Shown in pieces: positions 58,004 through 64,000 of a stretch of 64,000 bases of DNA. The stretch comes from Gammaproteobacteria bacterium (GTDB lineage: Bacteria; Pseudomonadota; Gammaproteobacteria; JASBUN01). The position numbers were made by a program, and so were the translations under genes. The stretch's first letter is position 1; every line of letters begins with the position of its first letter. The notes beneath the pieces were generated by a model that saw only the letters and a list, made by a program, of their open reading frames with translations, made no database searches and was not told the origin of the DNA. The DNA lies in assembly GCA_030147845.1 (NCBI GenBank), contig JASBUN010000041.1:34630-98629 (forward strand), given 5' to 3'.

Positions 58004-58612
58004 ATGGACGGGACCAAGGAATCCGATTTGATCACGGCCGTGCTGATGTACGCGATCCGCTGCCTGGCCGAAGGGGATCAAGCCGCGTTGCGCAACATGA
58101 ATTTCGGACCGCGCGAAATCGAGGCGTTGCGCGAGATGAACCTGGCCGATCTCTATCGCGTCGAATCCTTGCGCGCCCATTGCCTGGATATCGTTCTCAA
58201 TCGGGACGTGTACTGGCCCATGATCGAGCATCTGCGCCGTCAGCGCGAATCCGAGGAACTGCAACAAGTGCTCATTGCCGCCGACGCACCGTTGGAGATG
58301 ATGCAAACGCTCTTCGGCTTGGGCTCCCGCGAATACACGCGCCTGCGCCGTATGCTCACTGTCGATCCTTCGGTCGGCCGGCCGGCGGAACCCGATGAAG
58401 CGAGCACGCACAAGCTCTGGAACGCCTGGGTCCAACGGACGGACACCGAAGAAGAGGGTCCGCTCCCCCCGGACGAGTATCTCGCCATCCACCGTGAAAC
58501 CGGTATCTCTATGCGGGCCATATGGAACTTGACGCAACGCTGGAATCAATACGGTGACTTGACGGGTCGAAGCAGTCACGACCCTGTGGAGCGAGCGTGT
58601 TCGGATGGATGA
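58004..58612 (+). CDS. Conserved ICE protein (DUF2857-like by recollection)
   Basis: MDGTKESDLITAVLMYAIRCLAEGDQAALRNMNFGPREIEALREMNLADLYRV. The gene starts 6 nt after the ParB-like stop and overlaps the next gene by 8 nt. The family name is unverified. Confidence 0.55.
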   Translation: MDGTKESDLITAVLMYAIRCLAEGDQAALRNMNFGPREIEALREMNLADLYRVESLRAHCLDIVLNRDVYWPMIEHLRRQRESEELQQVLIAADAPLEMMQTLFGLGSREYTRLRRMLTVDPSVGRPAEPDEASTHKLWNAWVQRTDTEEEGPLPPDEYLAIHRETGISMRAIWNLTQRWNQYGDLTGRSSHDPVERACSDG

Positions 58613-59864
58613 GGGTTCTCGCGGACTCCGGCCCGAGACCCACGCACTGGATGCACTGATACAGGCGACCATCGAACGCGTACAACAGGAATCGGGTAGC
58701 AAGCAGTCCGATACCATGCTGTTCATGGGCAACCGCCATCAGGCGTTCCCCACGCTGGTAGTGCAAGACCCCGTGCTCGAACCCGTGGACAAGTTGGTGT
58801 GGATGGTCATCATGCTGCAGGCCCAGGAGATCGGCGGCAGCACGGCGTTCCCCAGTTACGAGTATCTGGCCAAGAAAACCAACGTCTCCTCCACATCGAC
58901 CATCTCCCGGGCTATCGCCATTCTGCGCGCCACCCGTTGGCTGACCTTGTGTGCGCGGCTGCGGGAGGCGAGCGGCCGCTTCCGCGGCAACGTCTATGCG
59001 TTACACGATGAACCCTTGCCGTTGGTCGACGTCCTGCACCTGGACCCGGACTATATGCAGTTCCTGCAGCAGTCGCTCGGGCATCATCATGCTCGGGTGC
59101 GCCTGGTCGCCAAGGGGGTGTTGGATACCATCGACGAGGACATCCAGGAGGGTCTCGATATCTGCGCCCAAGGCCATCCGCTCGAACGTCGCATGCAAGC
59201 GGCGGAGGCGATCCAGCAGGATTCACCGCGGCGTTATTTCGCATTCAGCGCAAAGGTGATGACCCGTCTGCGCAACGTGGTCGGGGAAGGCGGTACGGAT
59301 CACCGGGACCAAAATTCAAAGGCGGATGAAACAGGGTTCCAAATTTCGAACCCACAAAATTCAAAGTCGAGTAGTTGTAGTAGTTATATAAATAAAACTA
59401 CTACTACAGAACCCGCTGAAGAGAAAATAATTAGCGGCCACGCAGAGGGGGAGCCGTCCCTGATCTACCCCAAGCGTCTCTCTGACAACCAGCGCGAGCT
59501 CGCGGATCGTTATTTGAAATCCGTTTCCGAAACTGCACGTCAGCCCATCCTCGATGAGCTGGAAGGCCGGTTTCGTTCGGAACAGAAGGGCATGAAGCCG
59601 GTGTACGACGAAATGCGCTTCCTGCACTTCTTATGTCGCGCCGCGAACAAGGGTGAGTTCGTGCCGAACCTCGGCATCAAGGTGCATGACGAACGCATCG
59701 AGCGGAAGAAGGCGCGCTTGAGGTACCTGAAGCAACAGGAGCAAAGCCTGGCGGAAGTGAAGCGTCGCGATAGTTCCAGCGCCTCAGGTCAACAACAGCT
59801 CGCCGAGCTACGCAAATCGCTCAACCTGCCGGCGCGTCCACAGACCGACGACGAGTCGGACTGA
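58605..59864 (+). CDS. ICE/pathogenicity-island replication-protein-like winged-helix protein (STY4528-like by recollection)
   Basis: FPSYEYLAKKTNVSSTSTISRAIAILRATRWL is HTH-like. A low-complexity linker (QNSK...QNSKSSSCSSYINKTTTT) separates two domains. The family name is unverified. Confidence 0.55.
   Translation: MDEGSRGLRPETHALDALIQATIERVQQESGSKQSDTMLFMGNRHQAFPTLVVQDPVLEPVDKLVWMVIMLQAQEIGGSTAFPSYEYLAKKTNVSSTSTISRAIAILRATRWLTLCARLREASGRFRGNVYALHDEPLPLVDVLHLDPDYMQFLQQSLGHHHARVRLVAKGVLDTIDEDIQEGLDICAQGHPLERRMQAAEAIQQDSPRRYFAFSAKVMTRLRNVVGEGGTDHRDQNSKADETGFQISNPQNSKSSSCSSYINKTTTTEPAEEKIISGHAEGEPSLIYPKRLSDNQRELADRYLKSVSETARQPILDELEGRFRSEQKGMKPVYDEMRFLHFLCRAANKGEFVPNLGIKVHDERIERKKARLRYLKQQEQSLAEVKRRDSSSASGQQQLAELRKSLNLPARPQTDDESD
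59310..59404. repeat. Iteron-like direct repeats plus AT-only tract flanked by an inverted repeat, inside the replication-protein-like gene
   Basis: CAAAATTCAAAG lies at 59310-59321 and 59355-59366 (perfect 12-mers), with a related AAATTTCGAA at 59341-59350 inside GGTTC...GAACC. GTAGTAGTT (59377-59385) and AACTACTAC (59396-59404) flank a pure A/T spacer. A 14-nt A/T-only run spans 59384-59397. Confidence 0.7.
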
Positions 59865-59880
59865 CCGATACCCGAAATGC

Positions 59881-59901
59881 AGTGGTTACAGTGTAACCAC
59901 T
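59881..59901. repeat. Perfect 21-bp palindrome in the intergenic region
   Basis: AGTGGTTACA-G-TGTAACCACT, 17 nt after the stop of the replication-protein-like gene. Confidence 0.8.
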
Positions 59902-60032
59902 CTCAGCACTCTCTCCCCGGTTATTGTGTCTCGGCGTCAACCACGCCGAACCGTGCGGGAATAATTCCTTGTCGGCCGGCTCTCGTCATGGATTGATGGG
60001 CGACTCATTCACCAGGATGAAGGATATGCCAC

Positions 60033-60833
60033 ATGAGTTCCGGTAAGTCAGACCCAGAACAACAGAACCACCCGGAAGACGCGAGCGTCGATGCCGGGCC
60101 GGGTGCGCTGCGTGGGCAGGTGTGGCTGACGGTCCAGACCCGGCAGGCGCAACGGCTGATCCGGGGGCGCAACGGCAACGCCGACAAACCGGCGATCATC
60201 GGGCTAGTGGGATTTGCCGATCGGCTGCGTGTGATCTGGCAAGCGGCACGCAATGACGATCCCTACGCCGATTGGTGGCTGGTCAAGGTGCACGAGGCGC
60301 TGGAACGGGTGCGTGACCTGATCAAGAACGACCAGGCGGCGTTAGACGCGCAGCTCGAACAGCTCACCGCCCTGGAAGTGGCCGTGGCGGAGTCGATGAA
60401 GCCATACCGGATCGCGCTCCAGTTCGCCAACCCCTACGCCTATCGAGGCGCACAACTGATCGCCGAGTACGACAGGTTTGTGCGCACGTTGTTGACCGCC
60501 CACCATGTGGGAGTGTTGACCGGGGCCGCGATGGAAGGCTCACTCAATGCGGGTGCGCGCAAGATCCGCGGCGCGTTCGCGGTACCGCAAGGTTATCACT
60601 TCCTCAACGTCGATCGCGCGGCACTCCAACAAGGCACCGCCAACGCGAGTCGCGCCAGCCAGCTCATGGGCGAAGTCCCGGAAGACGTATTGAACAGAGC
60701 ACACCAGGCACCACTGGTACCCCGCAAAGTCCGATTCCCCGAAGAGGCGGCCAAGCACATCCGTCTCAAGCCCGTTGATGCCGCACCAAGAGCGGGTATC
60801 GCCGTGGGAAACGACGACGAGGTTAGCACCTAG
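60033..60833 (+). CDS. Conserved ICE protein (PFL_4669/TIGR03761-like by recollection)
   Basis: Long ORF co-oriented with the ICE core; LTVQTRQAQRLIRGR...DPYADWWLVKVHEALE. The family name is unverified. Confidence 0.5.
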   Translation: MSSGKSDPEQQNHPEDASVDAGPGALRGQVWLTVQTRQAQRLIRGRNGNADKPAIIGLVGFADRLRVIWQAARNDDPYADWWLVKVHEALERVRDLIKNDQAALDAQLEQLTALEVAVAESMKPYRIALQFANPYAYRGAQLIAEYDRFVRTLLTAHHVGVLTGAAMEGSLNAGARKIRGAFAVPQGYHFLNVDRAALQQGTANASRASQLMGEVPEDVLNRAHQAPLVPRKVRFPEEAAKHIRLKPVDAAPRAGIAVGNDDEVST

Positions 60834-60908
60834 TTTTCGCTGGTATGCAACGCGTCGCCCGCCATACTACTGCGACGACATGATTAATGCCGGTAGGGCC
60901 GAAGCCGT

Positions 60909-61289
60909 ATGACTAAGGCGACAGCAGGCAAACGTATCGCACTTCTGCTCGACCCGCGGGTGGCGTTTGAGGCCCTGATCCTGAACCGGCTGGAGCGAAT
61001 TCCGGAAGTCCGGCGTCAAGAGTGGCTGCGCGGGCTCCTGGTGCAGGGCTTTCGCCAGGAATGCCAATCGTTGCGGGTGGTACAGGACGAGGTTGTTCCG
61101 CAACCGATGAGACCACCACAAGGCCAAGGCGTGTCAACGAGGCAACCGCGAACCGCGTTTGCCGCCTGGTTGGCGCAACCATCGGCTCCACGCGTCATCG
61201 AGACCGCGGCGACGCCGGCGGCGGTCGAAGTGAACACCGCAGCGGGTCAGGCTAAGCCCTTCGCCGGCTTGAGAAAGGTGATCGGTTGA
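60909..61289 (+). CDS. Hypothetical small ICE protein
   Basis: ORF directly upstream of the ParM-like gene. Its N-terminus is KRIALLLDPRVAFEALILNRLERIP. No motif was recognised. Confidence 0.4.
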   Translation: MTKATAGKRIALLLDPRVAFEALILNRLERIPEVRRQEWLRGLLVQGFRQECQSLRVVQDEVVPQPMRPPQGQGVSTRQPRTAFAAWLAQPSAPRVIETAATPAAVEVNTAAGQAKPFAGLRKVIG

Positions 61290-61328
61290 GGCTGGTTGCA
61301 TAAAAGACGAGACAAGAACGGAGGAGAA

Positions 61329-62354
61329 ATGATGACAGAATCCAATACGGTGTCGCCCATCCAAGTCGGTCTCGATGACGGGTATGCCTTTACGAAGGTG
61401 GCCCTGCCGGATGGCAGGCTGATCGCCATTCCCTCGCGGGCCAGGGTCGGCATGTCCGGCGTCACTTGGATCGATAACGGCCGGCAGCGCATCTTCGAGT
61501 ACGAAACCGAAGGGGCGATGTATGCGGTGGGCGCCGTCGACGGTGCGCCCACGCATTTCGAGGGCTATCCCACCTCGGGACTGAACCGCGTCATCGTACA
61601 GCATGCCCTCCAGGAAGCCGGGCTGTCCGGCCGCTCCATTCATGCGGTCTCCGGACTCCCCGTCAGCGCCTTCTACAAGAAGAACGGTGAGCAGCGTCGC
61701 GACACCATCGAGAGGAAGCGCCTCAGCTTGAAGCAGGCGGTGCAACCGAAGTCGGAGCGGCTGCCGGCCGCGATCGCGTTCCACGAGGTGATCCCGGAGG
61801 CGCTGGCCGCGTGGTACGACTACGTCATCGTCACCCAAGCCAATGATGTCATTCTTGATGAAGCGCGCTTGTCGGTGCCGATCGCCATCGTGGACATCGG
61901 CGGGCGCACCACCGACTACGTGGTCGTGAAGGACCAGGGCGTCGTTCACGCATCGTCGGGTTCCTTACAGGGCGGCATGTTGGACGTGAAACAGCAGGTG
62001 GCCAACGGCATCCAGGAACGCTTCGACCTCGAGAACGTGGGCGAGCAGCTGGTGTCATCGGCCGTCGAACGCGGCGTCGTACGTTTGCACGGCAAGGATC
62101 ACGATGTCGCGGCACTGGTGGACGCCGCCAAGCGGGAGCTGGTGGAACGGCTCTATGCCGAGAGCCGTCGCCAACTCGGGCTGGGCGTGGAACTGGATCG
62201 GATTGTGTTCGTCGGCGGTGGCACGGTAGCGCTGGCGGAACACATCGCCAATTGGTTTCCCAACCAGGCCATCGCCGAACACCCGGCCTTCGCCAACGCG
62301 CGCGGCATGCTGAAGTATCTGCAATACGTCTGTGAAGAGTCGGACGTGGCCTGA
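61329..62354 (+). CDS. ParM/StbA-like actin-fold ATPase
   Basis: Actin-fold phosphate and adenosine motifs VGLDDGYAFTKVA, VDIGGRTTDYVVV and VFVGGGTVAL. GGAGGAG lies before ATG 61329. Confidence 0.7.
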   Translation: MMTESNTVSPIQVGLDDGYAFTKVALPDGRLIAIPSRARVGMSGVTWIDNGRQRIFEYETEGAMYAVGAVDGAPTHFEGYPTSGLNRVIVQHALQEAGLSGRSIHAVSGLPVSAFYKKNGEQRRDTIERKRLSLKQAVQPKSERLPAAIAFHEVIPEALAAWYDYVIVTQANDVILDEARLSVPIAIVDIGGRTTDYVVVKDQGVVHASSGSLQGGMLDVKQQVANGIQERFDLENVGEQLVSSAVERGVVRLHGKDHDVAALVDAAKRELVERLYAESRRQLGLGVELDRIVFVGGGTVALAEHIANWFPNQAIAEHPAFANARGMLKYLQYVCEESDVA

Positions 62355-62482
62355 CAATGGTTTTATACGTGGTCACTGCGGTCTCAGTGATAAACAAGGC
62401 GCCTTAGGACCGTGCGACAGGCGCCGTGGCGAAAGCCTCGGTCCAGCTTCAAGGAAACACAATCGTTTCCGTTTTTCACCAA

Positions 62483-62510
62483 CCCTGCCGGGTAAGCCTT
62501 CCCGCCAGGG
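62483..62510 (+). repeat. ICE intergenic hairpin motif, copy 1 (upstream of the DUF3577-like gene)
   Basis: CCCTG-CCGGGTAAGCCTTCCCGC-CAGGG, preceded by TTTTTCACCAACCC (62472-62485). It shares the leader and the GCCGGGWAAGC core with copy 3. Confidence 0.6.
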
Positions 62511-62553
62511 TCGCGCTTGCTCCGGATGAAACCAACCTGAAGGAGTAAGCGCT

Positions 62554-62958
62554 ATGTCCAACAACGAAAGTACCAAGTATTTCGATCTTCACACCAACGG
62601 CATCGGTTATCTCAACCGTGTCCGGGAAGTGTCACCGGAAGAGGGGACCCCCTTTCTGAGTGTCACCATCGCTGCCCTTCGCGGCAGTGTCGACGACGTC
62701 CAGTACACGCATTTCGAGTGTCCCGTGTCCGGCAAGAAGGCGCAGGAAGTCGTGCGCCAACTCAAATCGGCCGTGGAGGGCAAGTTGAAGGTGCTCATCG
62801 GATTCACGCTCAGTGATCTGTATGCGGAGCCCTTTACCTTCAAGAACGGTGACAAGGCCGGCGAGACCGGTGTCAGCCTGAAGGCCCGACTGCTTCGCGT
62901 GTCATGGGCCAAGGTCGACGGCCAGCCGTTCTTCACGGAGCAAGATAGCGCTGCGTAA
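62554..62958 (+). CDS. DUF3577-like (ssDNA-binding-like) ICE protein, by recollection
   Basis: MSNNESTKYFDLHTNGIGYLNRVREV...FLSVTIAALRGS. It occupies the conserved position before radC in this ICE family. The name is unverified. Confidence 0.55.
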   Translation: MSNNESTKYFDLHTNGIGYLNRVREVSPEEGTPFLSVTIAALRGSVDDVQYTHFECPVSGKKAQEVVRQLKSAVEGKLKVLIGFTLSDLYAEPFTFKNGDKAGETGVSLKARLLRVSWAKVDGQPFFTEQDSAA

Positions 62959-62968
62959 ATCAACATCC

Positions 62969-62993
62969 GGCCGGGTAACTGAGTTACCCGGCC
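62969..62993 (+). repeat. ICE intergenic hairpin motif, copy 2
   Basis: Perfect 11-bp stem GGCCGGGTAAC / GTTACCCGGCC with loop TGA, 11 nt after the upstream stop. A second hairpin GGGGGAT-C-ATCCCCC lies at 63009-63023. Confidence 0.7.
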
Positions 62994-63062
62994 ACCTTTC
63001 AACCCATCGGGGGATCATCCCCCCGCGGGTCTGGTCTCCCGGTCTATTCGAGGAGATCAGTC

Positions 63063-63554
63063 ATGAAGAACACGGACGACCGGTTCGCCGGTCTGAAGCC
63101 GTCGGAGCTCAACGACGTGGAGAAGCAATCAGTGATGATGTTGGCGATGAAGGTGTTGGCGATCAAGCATCGCGCCGGGAGAACCTTGAGCAGTCCAGTC
63201 GAGACACGAGATTTTCTGCGTCTGCGCCTGGCCGACTACCGCAACGAGGTATTCGGATGTCTGTTTCTGGATAACCGGCATCGGATCATTGCTGTGCGTG
63301 AGTTGTTTCAGGGCACCATCGACGGTGCTTCGGTTCATCCGCGCGTCGTCGTGCAACACGCCATGGAGGTGAACGCGGCCGCCATGGTCTTTTTCCACAA
63401 TCACCCCTCCGGAGTCGCGGAGCCCAGCCGTGCGGATGAAATGCTCACCCGCCGGCTGAAAGAGGCGCTGGCACTGGTCGATGTGCGCGTGCTCGACCAC
63501 TTCGTGGTGTCGGCGGGTGACAGCGTGTCTTTCGCGGAACGTGGCTTGCTCTGA
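63063..63554 (+). CDS. radC: RadC-like JAB-domain protein
   Basis: FFHNHPSGVAEPSRADEMLTRRLKEAL and VLDHFVV give the JAMM/RadC motif. Confidence 0.9.
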   Translation: MKNTDDRFAGLKPSELNDVEKQSVMMLAMKVLAIKHRAGRTLSSPVETRDFLRLRLADYRNEVFGCLFLDNRHRIIAVRELFQGTIDGASVHPRVVVQHAMEVNAAAMVFFHNHPSGVAEPSRADEMLTRRLKEALALVDVRVLDHFVVSAGDSVSFAERGLL

Positions 63555-63579
63555 CATTCGTAATTTTTCACAACCCCAG

Positions 63580-63603
63580 CCGGGAAAGCTTCCTCTTTCC
63601 CGG
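63580..63603 (+). repeat. ICE intergenic hairpin motif, copy 3
   Basis: Perfect 9-bp stem CCGGGAAAG / CTTTCCCGG with loop CTTCCT, preceded by TTTTTCACAACCCC (63565-63577). Confidence 0.7.
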
Positions 63604-63651
63604 TCGGGAAGGAGGTGTGACCCGGTGTTCATTCCACACAGGAGAAACACC

Positions 63652-64000
63652 ATGTCCAACTCTTCAAATGATCGCAGCACTGAATCGTTCTTCGGTGAGG
63701 TCATCTCAACCTATACCCGGGCCCAGGCCATCGAAGACGGTGTCCTGATCGACGCAGGCAGCATGGCACAGGAGGCCGGTTTCAAATGGCCGGTGGCCGT
63801 GACATCCGCTGCTTGGGCCGATTGCGTGGCCTGGTCAGAGGACGACAGCGACAAGCAGGCTCATCAGGACGAGTCCGGCCGCTTGTGGGATGTGCTCTTC
63901 ATGGCGTCCCACGCCATTCGAGCCCGCTCAGGTTCCGGTGATCGGCTGCTGTTCCAGCTCTACCGGGTACCTCGCGACGGGCGGTCGACAAAGGCGGAGC
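63652..64000 (+). CDS. Hypothetical ICE protein, N-terminal part (runs off the window)
   Basis: Manual translation from ATG 63652 after AGGAGA: MSNSSNDRSTESFFGEVISTYTRAQAIEDGVLIDAGSMAQEAGFKWPVAVTSAAWADCVAWSEDD... The frame stays open to the window end. Confidence 0.5.
   Translation, partial: MSNSSNDRSTESFFGEVISTYTRAQAIEDGVLIDAGSMAQEAGFKWPVAVTSAAWADCVAWSEDDSDKQAHQDESGRLWDVLFMASHAIRARSGSGDRLLFQLYRVPRDGRSTKAE

Larger units (their letters stand above)
55749..64000. mobile_element. Partial core of an integrative conjugative element resembling the PFGI-1/pKLC102/ICEclc family; continues beyond the window
   Basis: Co-oriented genes: ParB-like, a small alpha-helical protein, a winged-helix replication-like protein, a conserved ICE protein, a ParM-like ATPase, a DUF3577-like protein and RadC. 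Family assignment is from memory of that gene order and was not searched. Confidence 0.6.

Noticed and set aside
59888-59898. The heptamer GTGTAAC is shared by the integrase-upstream repeats (46876-46911) and the 21-bp palindrome at 59881-59901, suggesting a common binding protein.
   Set aside because: Any 7-mer is expected several times by chance in 64 kb on two strands, and the flanking bases differ (GTGTAACTT versus GTGTAACCA). It is not strong enough to link the two sites.

Overview
GC-rich chromosome segment, gammaproteobacterial by gene order; the species cannot be determined from sequence alone. About 78% G+C in one counted 60-nt line, 44401-44460. Positions 1-46.8 kb are mostly housekeeping: a YpjD-like membrane protein, a class II cyclic-nucleotide phosphodiesterase, ffh, the rpsP-rimM-trmD-rplS operon, ogt, htpG, bactofilin-hslR, a NUDIX hydrolase, a MoxR-like AAA+/VWA pair, a YbaK-HDOD fusion, a GGDEF cyclase, thioredoxin, mobB-moeA, a large ACP/adenylase/acyltransferase fusion, nfeD-SPFH, xerD, ybbN, addB/addA, fdxA, a complete seven-gene Wsp-type chemosensory operon (wspABCDEFR order) and mutS. 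From about 46.8 kb to the window end the DNA is mobile. A P4-type tyrosine integrase sits directly upstream of mutS with no tRNA. It is followed by a low-GC cargo block with two very large same-strand genes, then alpA- and xis-like genes, then the partial core of a PFGI-1/ICEclc-like integrative conjugative element (ParB-like, replication-protein-like, ParM-like, DUF3577-like, RadC). The first cargo gene is a PHP phosphoesterase fused to a Rad50/SMC-like ABC ATPase. The second combines an Mrr-like nuclease, a P-loop NTPase and a roughly 650-aa helical region. This two-gene cargo cassette is my best candidate for an undescribed or poorly described defence-type system. A second strong candidate is a pair of tandem GGA-rich, terminator-capped small RNAs (Csr/Rsm-like) in the 755-nt gap that splits addB from addA; one is preceded by a GacA-box-like palindrome. 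Other points of interest are an origin-like iteron/AT-rich/inverted-repeat cluster inside the ICE replication-protein-like gene, a conserved hairpin motif upstream of consecutive ICE genes, and a repeat array upstream of the integrase. All functional calls come from motif reading by eye. No database search was possible.
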